This document shows positions 1 through 13,386 of a DNA stretch of 64,000 bases, one piece after another. This DNA comes from Squalus acanthias (taxonomy: Eukaryota): assembly GCA_030390025.1 (NCBI GenBank), contig CM059432.1, forward strand, positions 114,206,001-114,270,000, in the 5' to 3' direction. The position numbers were made by a program, and so were the translations under genes. The notes below the pieces were generated by a model that was not told the origin of the DNA, ran no database searches, and saw only the letters and a program-made list of their open reading frames with translations. How positions within the stretch are numbered: position 1 is the stretch's first letter; each line of letters opens with the position of its first letter.

Positions 1-1345
1 AAGTGATGGAAGTTGTCATCGAGAGTGCTATCAAGCAGCACTTACTCACCAATAACCTGCTCACTGATGCCCAATTTGGGTTCTGTCAGGACCACTTGGC
101 TCCAGACCTCATTACAGCCTCAGTCCAAACATGGACAAAAGAGCTCAATTCCAGAGGTGAGGTGAGAGTGGCTACCCTTGACATCAAGGCGGCATCAAGG
201 AGCCCTAGTAAAACTGAAGTCAATGGGAATCGGGGGGGGGGGCGGGGTGGGGGGAGAAACTCTCCACTGGCTGGAGTCATACCTAGCACAAAGGAAGATG
301 GTTGTGGTGGTTGGAGGTCAATCATCACAGCCCCAGGACATCGCTGCAGGAGTTCCTCAGGGCAGTGTCCTAGGCCCAACCATCTTCAGCTGCTTCAACA
401 ATGACCTTCCCTCCAACATAAGGTCAGAAGTGGGGATGTTCGCTGATGACTGCGCAGTGTTTAGTGGCATTCGCAACTCCTCAGATAATGAAGCAGTCCA
501 TGCCCGAATGCAGCAAGACCTGAACGACATTCTGGCTTGGGCTGAGAAGTGGCAAGTAACATTCGCGCCACACAAGTGCCAGGCAATGACTATCTCCAAC
601 AAGCGAGTGTCTAACCACCGCCCCTTGACATTCAATGGCATTAACATTGCCGAATCCCCCATCATCAATATCCTGGGGGGTCACCATTGACCAGAAACTT
701 AACTGGACCAGCCACATAAATACTGTGGCAACAAGAGCAGGTCAGAGGCTGGGTATTCTGCGGTGAGTGTCTCACCTCCTGACTCCCCAAAGCCTTTCCA
801 CCATCTACAAGTCACAAGTCAGGATTTTGATGGAATACTCTCCATTTGCCTGGATGAGTGCAGCTCCAACAACACTCAAGAAGCTCTACACGATCCAAGA
901 CAAAGCAGCCCGCTTGATTGGCACCCCATCCACCACCTTAAACATTCACTCCCTCCACCACCGGCGTACCGTGGCTGCAGTGTCTCCCATCTACAAGATG
1001 CACTGCAGCAACTCGCCAAGGCTTCTTCGGCAGCACCTCCCAAACCTGCGACCTCTGCCACCTAGAAGGACAAGGGCAGCAGGCGCATGGGAGCACCACC
1101 ATCTCCAAGTTCCCCTCCAAGTCACACACCATCCTGACTTAGAAGTATATCGCCGTTCCTTCATCGTCGCTGGGTCAAAATCCTGGAACTCCCTATCTAA
1201 CAGCACTGTGGGAGTACCTTCACCACACGGACTGCAGCGGTTCAAGAAGGCAGCTCACCACCACCTTCTCAAGGGCAATTACGGATGGGCAATAAATGCT
1301 GGCCTTGCCCGCGACGCCCACATCCCATGAATGAATAAAAATAAA
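1..1345 (+). mobile_element. Compact CR1-group APE-RT LINE, copy 1 (3' part; runs off the window start; frameshifted)
   Basis: RT motifs [14 protein letters not shown] and MFADD in ORFs 3-404, 178-690 and 767-1330; 3' end GGCCTTGCC..CGACGCCCACATCCCATGAATGAAT plus A-rich tail; near-identical to 29860-31190. Confidence 0.95.
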
Positions 1346-1479
1346 ATGTCACCCCCATAATATCTTAAAAAGTTGCATTAGAAAATGGCCCTTTCCTTGC
1401 TTGGGATATACTACAACTTAGGTGCACATTGCATTGATAAAATTAATTTTAAAATAGCCTTGATCCTTTCGTGCCCATC

Positions 1480-1950
1480 AAAATTCATTGCAATGAAAAT
1501 CTTTGTTCCTTTCAGTCTTCAAAGACAGCTCTTTCATGTCTCTTGCAAGACTAACTAAATACCAACTCTTACCTTTGATGGCTTCACAATCTGCTTTCTT
1601 TATCTATCAATATACTTGGCCTCACTATCTCCTCTGATCTCAAAAGAAGCTCTCAAATTCCTTGACTGCTAAAGCTGTTTCCAAGAACATAGTTTCCTCT
1701 TTATGCCAAACATTTCTCTTCCTCTCAACAACACTTAACTCTTTATAAAGCCTAACTTTGTTCATGATTTCATACCTAGCAACTTACAGTCTTGGATAAG
1801 GAACTAGAAATCAAGATGTACTGAAATCAGATGTATTCCGACTCATAAATTCCTCGGACCTCAAAGCTGTGGAACTTCCCCAAGTCTTTTCTTCCTTGTA
1901 CAAACTGAAGGGGTTTTAAAATGCAATTTTAGCATCAGTTAATCACCACG
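1480..1950 (+). mobile_element. Old, degraded LINE RT C-terminal fragment
   Basis: Residual peptides INILGLTISSDL, QHLTLYKA and KLWNFP in broken frames. Confidence 0.45.
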
Positions 1951-3184
1951 TCCCGATTTATCTCATTTCCTTTTTATCCTTTTTAACCTTCCACTATAAG
2001 CCATTCATCTTGGATTCGCAATAAGTAAAAATAAATAAATCTCAATACTATGCCCACTCAATTTAAAAAAAAAATTGCAATGGTGGATGTTGACTGTATC
2101 AACAAAGGGTACACTATACAGAATGTTTCCTGCACGTTAATCTTAACATTTTAGATATTCTCTGTTATATGCAACATAAATTAATTAAGTGAAATGAAAA
2201 CCGGGTGGTTTCTATAACGAGCGACTGATCCCACAACTTCATCTTTACGCCTGGACGGCAAGCTGAAAATCTGCCCCAAAATGTCTTGTCATCAGAGTGC
2301 TCAGATGCATTGTTTTATTTTGCCATGGGTTTGGTGCAAGTGATTTATTTTGAGGTAATTAGTTGGGGGAAATGGTTTGGCTTCTCATTTCTGTTTGCGA
2401 TTTGTGGACACCGGATGAGATCACGTTTATCTGTCAGGCCCTGATTCCATAGTCCAGGTTCAAACATGAAGAATGACCACTTGGACAAGCTGCTGGCATC
2501 CATAGGACTTCATCTGAAAATAAGTCATCACCTTCAGGAGGATTTAAAGTGGGGGGGGGGGGGCAGGGAAATCAAAGTGAAAGTCTGAGGAGAAGGCAAC
2601 ACAATTTGTTGTCATCATCATTCGAATTAAAGCAGTGACCCTGATACCTTGAAATACCAGCAGCATATGTTGAAGTACTGATGAAGTATTGGAAAATAGA
2701 TAGTTAATAGTGGGATATATATACTTTTGGTAAGGGAAGCATCTATGAACAATAAAGGAGTGCAAATAGACTGGTTTGCAGTCAGGCTGTGTACCTCAAT
2801 ATATGTGATATTGAAGTGTTTGTTGAATGCAAATACAAAATGTTTTGGAGTATTAAAGAATTTTTTTTTAAATATGATGCGAATGGTAGATAAGTCACTA
2901 AAATATCTACCTTGCTAAAACATTAACAGGCACGTTGACAGGACGGAATGTTATTTAGGTTCACGTGATGTTGATATACATCTCGCTATTTAGATTTATT
3001 GATGTTATTTGGGACTTTCATCTGACTTTGCTCGCAGCAGAGCCAGGAGTCCGAGGGGGCGATTTTCCCATTGGAGGCGGGTTTCGGTTTGGGTGGGTTC
3101 CAATCCCGCCTCCACTGTCAGGTGGGAAAAATATGCGATTTCCCCCTAATTGGCCAGTTAATTTCAGAGGTGTGGGTTCCCATG

Positions 3185-3245
3185 GGCCAATTAGTCTTTT
3201 GGGACTGAAACTCGCCTCTGCTGACGTCACTTATTTAAGGGCTGC
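3185..3245 (+). promoter_or_regulatory. Putative Pol II promoter of the Harbinger Myb gene (CCAAT, CRE, TATA-like)
   Basis: GCCAAT at ~3187, TGACGTCA at ~3222, TATTTAA at ~3232, about 80 bp before the ATG at 3318; TGACGTCA also precedes the Myb ORF at 26715. Confidence 0.5.
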
Positions 3246-3317
3246 TTGCTGCCTTGGCTCATTCCACTGGTTTTTGGTCAATGGTGCACCACCTCCAAAC
3301 TTTTATCTCCTTGAAGA

Positions 3318-3480
3318 ATGGCCAGCTTCAAGGCAAGGGCCTCCCCGAGGTTCTTGGATAAGGGGGCGAGAGCTAGCAGGGAGGTGCTCTTCCCCTCATT
3401 TGGGAGGAAGAGGCCTCCCAAAGAAACCAAGGCTGTGTGGGTCCAGCTGGCAAGGGATATAACCTCCAGATCTGTGTGCA
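3318..3480 (+). pseudogene. Harbinger Myb/SANT-like DNA-binding protein, N-terminal remnant
   Basis: MASFKARASPRF...REVLFPSFGRKRPPKETKAVWVQLA, homologous to the ORFs at 26799 and 35220. Confidence 0.8.
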
Positions 3481-3723
3481 GATTGGGTGATTGTTTCTGT
3501 TTATTGATGAAATGCCATCCCTGTGTGAATGTATTAAAATTAGGTGAGGGCAAACTGTTGGCGTGATGGCATATGTTATTTCGGCTCAGGCAGCTCCACA
3601 TTGCGGGCCCGGCGACACTTGCATGGTCAGGTTGGTGGTCAGAGTGAAAGGAGGCCAGAGAGTCATGTCCATTGTCTATCATGTGTTAAGAAGGAGCTAA
3701 GCACATGTGCCACAATGGGCAAC

Positions 3724-4880
3724 CTATGCAAATCCGGCCAGGATGAGTGCATCCCTTGCATCACAGGCAGCCATGTGCTCGCGTGCTGTCGCTGCTGCTG
3801 GTAGATACGCCGCCGCTCGGTCCTCCTCCTCCTCCTCCTCATCTGAGGAGGCTATGAACTGAGCCACTTGCTCATCAGGAAGCTGCAAGCCACGACGCTG
3901 TGCCATGTTGTTCAGTGCACAGCAGACCACGACCATTCTGGAGACCCTGGCTCCTGATCTGTCAAGGCATCGGAATCGCATCTTCAGCAAGCCAATGGTT
4001 TGCTCGATGATGGACCAGGTTGAAATGTGGCTGGCATTGTAGCGCTCCTCAGCCTCGTTAGCTGGCCTGCTGATCGGCGTCATTAGCCACTTCTTCAGGG
4101 GGTAGCCCTTGTCACCAAGGAGCCATCCGTTAAGTTGGTTTGGCGGATTGAAGAGCAGAGGAACACTAGAGTTCCGCAGGATGAACAAGTCATGGCAACT
4201 ACCACAGAACTTGACGCAAACATGCAAAATCTTCTTCTTGCGGTTGACAAAGATAGCTGGGTTGTGATGGGGTGCCCCGAGGGCCACATGTGTGCAGTCT
4301 ATGACGTCCTGCACCATTGGCAAGCCTGCCATATTTGCAAAGCCAACTGAACGCGCGGTTATACTTGCTTGATCCCTTGAGAAGTGGATGTAATTGTGCG
4401 CCTTTTCGAAAAGGGCATCGGTAACCTGCTTGATGCAGTTGTGGGCGGCGGACGGGGAGATGCCACTGATGTCTGCTGATGATCCCTGGAAGGAGCCTGA
4501 GGCAAAAAAGTTGAGTGCGGTGGTGACTTTGACAGCCACTGGTAAGGGTTGTCCACCCGCTCCTCTGGGCTCCAGGTGTTGGTGCAGCAGTGCGCAGATG
4601 TCTCAGACAACCTCTCGCGAAAGTCTCAGCCTCCTTTGGCACTGCTGCTCACTCATGTTGAGGTAGCTCATCCTCTGTCTGTAAACCCTGAGAGAGGGGT
4701 ATCTCCTGCGGCGACGTGCTTCCATGCGCTGGCGCCTTCTGCCCTGTGCACCATCAGGTGGGTGAGCAGGAGGTTGGCACTCCTGCTGCTGTTGTTCCTG
4801 AGCTGCCTGGTTCTGCTGCTGCCATGGCTGCTCCTCATCCGAATCTGAGGTCCATGATGAAAGGAAATAAATGGTTCCCA
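3724..4880 (-). pseudogene. Harbinger (HARBI1-like) DDE transposase, frameshifted with internal deletions
   Basis: Motifs [58 protein letters not shown]-terminal YRQRMSYLNMSEQQCQRRLRLSRE in ORF 4603-4953. Confidence 0.92.
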
Positions 4881-5450
4881 TGCTGCTGGCAGATACCTCC
4901 GTTGGGGAAGCGCTCAGTCCAAGCGGGGAGAGGGTTTTCCAAGGAGGTCCCACAGTTGAGAGATAGAAGACGCAGCACTTCCGACTTCTGTAGGCCTGCT
5001 AAAAGTGCTGAAAGACCTGTGGAACAAAAGTTCTGCCACCTGCAACTGCTCCCTGATGAAAGCTCTGTTTTAATGGTGGAGCTGCAGCTGTGAGGAGGCA
5101 CGACCTTCCTCAACCCGCCAGGATTAGCTGGCGTGGTTTAGGAGGGTCGTGCAACACGCACAAAATGTGGCAAAATAACAAAGGCCTGTCAAAATAGGAT
5201 TATAGAGGTCCTTAACGACTATTTAAGGGTCTTAACTACCTCTCTCGACTGATGGAAGCGGGACCGAATCGCACCCGTCAAACCCGCCTCCGGCAAAATT
5301 GCGCGGAGGCGGGTTGGAGGCAGGTTCCGAACCTGCCCTCACTTTTTGCGATTTTGCCAACTATCCCGCCTCCAAACCCGCCTCCTCGGGGCTGGGAATA
5401 TCGCCCCCCTAATGTCAGTGTCATCCACCTCTTATATAAACACCAGACAA

Positions 5451-6862
5451 CTTACATAGAACTACATAGTATGTACAGCACAGAAACAGGCCATTCAGCC
5501 CAACTAGTCCATGTCTGCGTTTATGCCCCACTTGAGCCTCCTCCCATCCTTCCTCATCTAACTATATCAGCATAACCCTCTAATTCCCTTCTCCCTCATA
5601 TGCTTATCTAGCCTCCCCTTAAATGCATCTATACTATTCACCTCAACCACTCCCTGTGTTAGCGAGTTCCACATTCTCACCACTCTTTGGGTAAAGAAGT
5701 TTCTTCTGAATTCCCTATTGGATTTCTTGGTGACTATCTTATATTGATGGCCACTAGTTTTGATCTTCACCACAAGTGGAAAAACTCTCTCTCTGTCCAC
5801 ACTATCGAAACCTTTCATAATTTTAAAGACCTCAATTAGGTCACCCTTCAACCTTCTCTTTTCACGAGAAAAGAACCCCAGCCTGTTCATCCTTTCTTGA
5901 TAGATATGACCTCGCAGTTCTGGTAACATCCTTGTAAATCTTTTTTTGCACACTCTCCAGTGCCTTTATATCCTTTTTTTATAATATGACGACCAGAATT
6001 GTACACAGTACACTAAGTATGGTCTAACCATGGTTTGATACAAGTTTAGCATAACTTAACTACTTTTCAAATGTATCCCTCTAGAAATAAACCCTAGAGC
6101 TTGGTTTTCTTTTTTAATCGCCTTATTAACCTGCTTTGCTACGTTAAGTGATTTGTGTATTTATAGTCCCAGATCCCTTTGCTCTGCTACCCCATTGAGG
6201 TTCTTATTTTCCAAGTAATATGTGACCTCCTTATTTTTCTTACCAAAATGTAGTATCTCACACTTGTCTATGTTGAAATTCATTTACCAATTATATGCCC
6301 ATTCTGCAAGTTTATTAATGTCTTCTTGTAATTTGTTGCAGTCTTCCTCAGTATTGACTGTCCCCCCCAATTTGGTGTCATCCGCAAATTTAGAAATTGT
6401 GTTTTTGATTCCAAAGTCTAAATCATTAATATAAATTGTGAACAACAGTGGTTCCAGCACTGATCCTTGTGGGACCCACTTCCCACCTTCTGCCACTGTG
6501 AATAGCTACCCTTTATCTCTACTCTCTGCTTTCTGTCTTGAAGCCAGCTAGTTATCCATTCTGCTACTTGTCCCCTGAATCTGCATGCTCTGACCTTATT
6601 CATTAGTTTATTATGTGGTATCTTATCAAAGGCCTTTTGGAAATCTATATATATTACATCTACTACATTACCCTTGTCTACGCTCTCTGTTACCTCTTCA
6701 AAGAATTCAATGAGGTTGGTCAAGCAAGACTTTCCCTTTTGAAATTCATGCTGACTATTAATTGTTATATTTTTGGTTTCTAGATGTTTTCTATTTTCTC
6801 CTTTAGTAGGGATTCCATTATTTTTCCTACCATCGATGTTAAGATGGCTGGTCTATAGTTCC
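5451..6862 (-). mobile_element. CR1 LINE, 5'-truncated, 3' half
   Basis: CR1 RT peptides NLIEFFEEVT, DFQKAFDKIPH, [11 protein letters not shown], FADDTKL, FFTQRVVRMWNSL; CR1-type 3' tail at ~5455. Confidence 0.93.
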
Positions 6863-8179
6863 ATGCTCCATCTCCCTTGGAAATGGAGATATGCAAGATC
6901 CTTATAGGCAACACAGAAAGGTGTCCATTCCATTAATCTGGAGTGGGTCTGACATAGATCATAGAAGTGGAAAGAGAGTGTACTACCTCATTGCGCAATC
7001 CAGTTCCCTATTTGCAAGAAGTCCTGGTATGTGGTATCAAATTTGCAAAAAATTGATTTTGTGTTTAGTAACTGGATTATTGAATATGTTGACAGGGGTT
7101 GGTTTGGTTACTATATGTCAGCAAGATCATGAGGCGTCTGAAAACAGGTCAATAAACTTCAGATTTGTTAACAGGAAATTATTGCTATTGTTTAATCTAG
7201 TGTCAAAAAGTAATTGAAACGAGTCACTGGACAAAATGGTGGATTTGGTTTACAATAGCCAGACATCTGGCTCCATGTAAACAATAGCCATCAGGAGGTT
7301 CTATAACAAATGTTGTTAAAATATTCAATGCCCCGAATTTGTTGATTGAACATCAGCTGCCCATGAATGGAATTTATTCTATTTTTCTAACTAGAATCAA
7401 ATCAATTGCCAAAGAACTGTCAATATCCACCTGATATAAATAGGGACAGTGAGCAGTCATTCATTAGACACCGGCTATGTACATAATGCATGATTTTGAG
7501 CATTTGGGGACTTTATTACTATTCATGAGCAGAAAATTTCCTGAAGAATAATTTTCAGCTGTCAGAACCAGTTCATGTATTTCTCAGTATTTGAAATTCT
7601 GCATTTAAGATTCATTCACAAGTATAATTTTAGATTTGCCTGACTCAATCGCAAATGCACATATAACTTAAATGTAATTTTCTTTCTACCAGATGGATGT
7701 GGAAATAAGTTAAGACAAAGACTTCACTTGCAGACCACTGAAGCTATAACAGGGACTTGATGTCTATCACAAAGTTGCACATGGAAGAGCAAGTGATTAC
7801 CACGAGTTTATCCCTGTGTGATTAATTGCTTAGCCTACATCTTCCAATTGTAGAAACCCAGATGACCATCTCAGAGATATAATCGAAACAGAGATAAGAG
7901 CCTTTGTTGCAGTTATATTAGAAAAGTGCTCCCCGAAGCAATTTGTTCATGATTCTAACAGAAGAGAACCTGTTGCTAGTTGAGGTTCCCTGAGGGTGCA
8001 TTTACACTACAACTGTATTATTGCCACATTAATAGTGTAAATGCAGCTGGACTCCTGAGTCAGGGCCCGAACTTACCCTGGAAAGACAAGCGGTGTGACT
8101 CGTTGGAGAAGGACGTCTCACTCAGCTTTGCTTCAGAGTTAATTTGGGCCTTCACATCCAATTTATAAACCAAGGTACC

Positions 8180-8603
8180 AGCCTTGACTCAGAGATAGCA
8201 CCCTTGCCTCTGAGTTAGAAGGTTGTGGGTTCAAGTCCCACTCCAGAGACTTGAGCACATAATCTAGGCTGACACTCCAGTGCAGTACTGAATGAGTGCT
8301 GCACTGTTGGAGGTGCCGTCTTTCAGATGAGACATCATGATCCTGTGGCACTATTCGAATAAGAGCAGGGGAGTTCTACCGGTGTCCTGTCCAATATTTA
8401 TCCCTCAATCAACATTATTACAACAGATTATCTGGTTATTATCTCATTGCTGTTTATGGGATCTTGCTGTGTGCAAATTGGCTACTGCGTTTCCCTACAT
8501 TGCAGCAGTGACTACACTTCAAAAGTACTTAATTGGCTGTAAAATTTCTATGGGATGTCCTGAGGTCATGAAAGATGCTATATAAATGCAAGTTATTTCT
8601 TTT
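8180..8603 (+). mobile_element. tRNA-derived Deu-domain SINE (SacSINE1/AmnSINE1-like)
   Basis: A-box-like head and B box GGTTCAAGTCC; Deu-like core GAGCAGGGGAGTTCT..GTGTCCTG.CCAATATTTATCCCTCAA; tail GTCCTGAGGTCATGAAAGATGCTATATAAATGCAAG. Confidence 0.8.
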
Positions 8604-8809
8604 CAAGTTTGGTGTCAATGCAAAGCAGCTTCAGCTGTGCACGGACACTAAACTTGCAGGCGTGTGAAAACATCATTTGTGTAGAACTGATCTAATTCTA
8701 AAGCTTTGGCTGCTTCTAGGCAACAGTGTATCAAAGTTTCGGAACAACAAGGCCAGTTGGAGCAGCTGGAGCCACAATACACTCTTGAAAGTATTCAACC
8801 GTAAAGCAT

Positions 8810-10387
8810 CAAACTGTAAACTAATTTGGCAGGGGGATGGGCGCCAGGATGAAATATTAGAGAGGAGAAACAAGGTGCACAGACGACTGGGAGATGACTG
8901 GTAAAGACAAATAGCACTAGTGTAATGAATAGTTCAGGAATAGGAGGGATCAAACTGGGGGCAAATGCAAGGTACTCTGAGATGGGTTTGGAGTTCATGT
9001 GTGTAAATGGATGTAGCGTGGTAAATAAGGTTGGTGAGCTGCAGGCACAAGTTGCCGCATGGGACTATGATATAATGGCAATAACAGAGACCTGGATCAA
9101 AGAAGGGAAGGATTGGGAACTTAATATTCCTGGCTACAAGGTATTCAGGAAAGATAGGGAAGGAAAAAGGAGAGAGGTGGCACTGGCAGTATTGATCAAA
9201 GAAAGTATTATAGCACTAGAGAGGGATGATGTAGTTGAGGGGTTAAAGACAGAATCTATTTGGTTAGAATTAAGGAACAATAGAGGAGCTATTACGCTAC
9301 TGGGTGTATACTATAGGCCACCAAATAGTGGGAAGGAAATAGAGGAGCAAATTTGCAGGCAAATAACAAAATGTAAGAATTACAGAGTAGTGATAATGTA
9401 GGACTTCAATTATCCTAATATAGACTGGGATAGTAACAGTGTAAAGGGAAGAGAGGGGGGGGAGGAATTCCTGCAATATGTACAAGAGAATTTTCTTGAT
9501 CAGTATGTTTCCAGCCCAATGAGGAAGGAAGCAGTGCTGGATCTAGTTCTGGGGAATGAAGTAGGGCAAGTGGAGCATGTTTCAGTGGGGGAGAATTTGT
9601 GGAACAGCGATCATAATATCATCAGGTTTAGAATAGTTATGGAAAAGGTCAAGGAACAATCAAGCGTAAAAATATGTAGCTGAAGGACAGCTAATTTCAG
9701 GAGGTTGAAAAGGGATCTGGCCCAGGTGGATTGGAATTGAAAATTGATAGACAAAATAGTAATTGAACAATGGGAGGCCTTCAAAGAGGAGATGGTTCAG
9801 GTACAGAGTAGACACATTCCCATGAGGGGGAAAGGAAGGGCATTGAAAGCTAGAGCTCCCAGATATAGAGGTTAAAATTAAACAGAAAAAGGAGGCTTAT
9901 GAGAAATGTAAGGTTCATAATACAGCAGATAACTAAGCTGAATACAGAAAGTACAGATGAGATGTAAAAAAGGGATTAAGAGGGCCAAAGTGAAAATATG
10001 AGAATAGATTTGCCTGCAACATAACAGGGAACCCAAAAGTCTTTTATAAACATATAAATAGCAAAAGGGTAGTCAAAGGAAAGGTGGGGCTGATTAGGGA
10101 CCAAAAAGGAGATCTTCTTATGGAGGCAGAGGGCATGGCTGAGGTACTAAATGAGTACTTTGCATCTGTCTTCACTGCAGAAGAAAAGAAAATGCTGCCA
10201 ATGTAGCAGTACAGGAGGTAGTAGCGATATTGGATAGGATAAAAATAGATAAAGAGGTACTTAAAAGGTTGGCAGTACTTAAAGTAGAAAAGTCACCCGG
10301 ACTGAATGGGATGCATCCTAGGTTACTGAGGGAAGTAAGGATGGAAATTGCGGAGGCTCTGGCCACAATCATCCAGTCCTCTTTAGA
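8810..10387 (+). mobile_element. CR1 LINE fragment: end of ORF1 plus the ORF2 endonuclease region
   Basis: APE motifs YDIMAITETW, GVYYRPPNS, DFNYP; KSPGLNGMHPRLLRE. Confidence 0.9.
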
Positions 10388-11745
10388 TTTTTTGCTGGGG
10401 TTAAGAGACCGTGCGGTCCTTAGTCAGGTCTGCGGTTAGAAGTATGTGCACATCCTGATGACATCATCAGATGCGCCATTGCCATTAAAATTAGGCCCCT
10501 GCTCCTCTGGCCTAATTTCAGGCTAGTTAAAATGGTGGGTGGCGGAAATGTATCGGGATTGCGGTGTGAACCCCCGCCATCTTAACCCACTGCTGCACTG
10601 TTCGTGCCGGGCGGGGGGTTACAATACCCCTTAAGTGACTATAACTAGAAAGGTTGGCATGATATGCAAGTTTTGACTAATAGCAGTGGTTAGACAACAG
10701 GAGATGGCTTCAGCCAAAGCAATAGCAGCTGACACAAGTTTTGACCAAGGCACTTAAACTCAAAAGAAATAACCTAGTGAAATCCTATCGTGAAAAGGAG
10801 GCAGACAGTGACTGAAGAGAGGGAAGCATTTACAATTTCAACCAGCATGGGGGATAGGAAGAAGTTAGGTGATCAGGAGATTAGTGGGTCAAGGGAGCAG
10901 GAAGTAGGTCTCCTGGACAAGATGAGCTAGGAGAGGGCATGGGGGAAGTAAGGGAGAAACAAGGGACAGATGAGGTCTCAGGATTAGGGTAGAAGGGGGA
11001 CTGAGAGGTAGACAGCAAAGGCAGGTAACAGAGAGAGATCATATTGTCTGACATACCACGTGCAATGCCACAGGAGATCGACTAGTGTATTATTAAAAAT
11101 TTTGTGTATCCCTGTCCAACTTCTAGCTTCCTATTATCATAATTTTTGGTCAAAATTTTACTTTAACGTTTAACATTTAGAATGAGAATCCTATATGTAA
11201 ACTTTTACCCGTAAAATGTAGTTGCAGGCTCTGGCAAGTAGATAGCGCTATGGAGTGAGTTTCTGACGTCCTCTCAACTCCATCGACAACTCATATAGAA
11301 AAAAATACTATATTCATCAACTCTCAGTGGGCAACATCAGTATAACAGTATTGCCAACCCCACCGCCTCGTAAATCAGGAGAGAAAATTCTTAAAAATCA
11401 TGAAATTTGGTATAGAAATCATGAGTTGCTATTTTTCAAACATAGATTGACAGTTGGTTTATAAAGCTCATTAGTGGCTTTATTTAGTCTCTAACAGCTC
11501 ACAGCTCTTTACAAAAACTATGGCCCTAAATTTCCGATCGGAGGCTTCCTGCGGGCGATGCCTTCGATCGGAAAAAAAATCTACGAACTTACCTGCTGGT
11601 TCCGTAGATCCCGAGGCTTACGATCCTGGGCCTCTCCGTTTCAAAATGCGTAGAGACCCAGTTATCCCAGGGGCGCATGCGGTTCGCAAGCGCCCCTGGG
11701 ATCACGTGGGCCACGCGAACCAATGAAACAAGGGAATCCCCCTTC

Positions 11746-13222
11746 ATAGAGTCATAACGGCACAGAAGGAGGCCATTCGACCCATCTAGTCCATGCCAGC
11801 TCTCTGTAGAGCAATCCAGTCAGTCCCATTCCCCCACTCTATCCCCGTAGCCCTGCAAGTTTATTTCCCTCAAATGCCTATCCAGTCTCCCCTTGAAAAC
11901 ATTAAGTGTCTCCGCTTCCACCACTTCCGTCGGCAGCGAGTTCCAGGTCCTCACCACTCGCTGCGTAAAAAAGTTTTTCCTCACATCCCCCCTGTATCTC
12001 TTGCCCAAAACCTTAAATCTGTGTCCCCTAGTCCTTGTACCATCAACTAGTGGGAACAGCCTTTCCCCATCTAGCCTATCCAAACCCGTCATAATTTTGT
12101 ACACCTCTATCAAATCACCCCTCAACCTCCTTTGCTCTAATGAAAACAAATTCAGCTTCTCCAATCTGTCCTTGTAGCTAAGATCCCCCACCCCCCGGAA
12201 CCATTCTGGTAAATCTCCTCTGCATCCTCTCAAGTGCCCTCACATCCTTCCTAAATTGTTCGGACCAGAACTGGACGCAATACTCCAGTTGTGGCCTAAC
12301 CAGCGCTTTATAAAGGTTCAGCAGAACTTCTCTACTTTTGTACTGTATACCTCTATTAATGAAGCCCAAGATCCCATATGCTTTGCTAACCACTCTCTCA
12401 ATATATCCTGCCACCTTCAGGGACCTATGCACATTAACTCCCAGGTCCCTCTGTCCCTGCACACTCTTTAAAACTGTGCCATTAAGTGTATATTGCCTCT
12501 CCCTGTTCCTTCTGCCAAAATGCATCACCTCACACTTCTCTGTATTAAATTCCATCTGCCACTTGTCTGCCCATTCTTCTAGCCTTTCTATGTCATGTTG
12601 CAGTCGATTGGTATCATCATCACTGTTTGTCACACCCCCAAGTTTGGTGTCATCGGCAAATGTAGAAATTCTACTCTGTATTCCAATATCCAGGTCATTT
12701 ATATATCAAAAAAAGCAGTGGACCCAGCACTGACCCTTGGGGAAGACCACTGTCTACCATCCTCCAGTCTGAAAAACAGCCATTTACCACAACTCGCTGT
12801 TTTCTGTCCTTAAGCCAATTCCTTATCCAAGCTGCCACTGACCCACCTATTCCATGAGCCTCAATTTTGATTACCAGCCTTCTATGTGGTACTTTGTCAA
12901 ACGCCTTCCTAAATTTCATGTAGACAACATCCATTGCATTCCCATCATAAATCCTCCCTGTTAGTTCATCAAAAAATGCAATTAGATTAGTCAAACACGA
13001 TCTGCCTTTTACAAATCCGTGTTGGCTCTCCTTAATTAGCTTAAACCTCTCCAAGTGCCCGTTAATTTTTTCCTTGATTATTGTTTCTAAAACTTTACCC
13101 ACCACTGATGTTAAACTGACCGGCCTGTAGTTACTAGGATTGTCCTTGCACCCTTTCTTGAACAATGGTGTCACATTTGCCACTTTCCAATCCTCAGGCA
13201 CCTCCCTCGCATCTAGGGACAT
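11746..13222 (-). mobile_element. CR1 LINE, 5'-truncated, nested in MITE A
   Basis: [44 protein letters not shown]1 tail at ~11746. Confidence 0.95.
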
Positions 13223-13386
13223 CTAAGTACGGACAGAACTGTCAAAAGTATGAATGGGGATCACATTTAAAAACACAGTAAAACATTAAACCAATTTTTT
13301 TTTAATTACATATTTTAAAATTAATTAAAATGCCATTTATATAAATATTTTAAACAAAAATTAAATTTTTTCAAAAAAAGAATTAA

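Larger units (their letters stand above)
3055..5409. mobile_element. PIF/Harbinger DNA transposon carrying a transposase and a convergent, truncated Myb/SANT gene
   Basis: Terminal inverted repeat (TIR) GGGGGCGATTTTCCCA at 3055 and TGGGAATATCGCCCCC at ~5393-5408; subterminal GAGGCGGG/CCCGCC repeats; both Harbinger genes inside. Confidence 0.9.

Noticed and set aside
3724..4880. Domesticated host HARBI1 gene
   Set aside because: Lies between TIRs and is frameshifted and internally deleted
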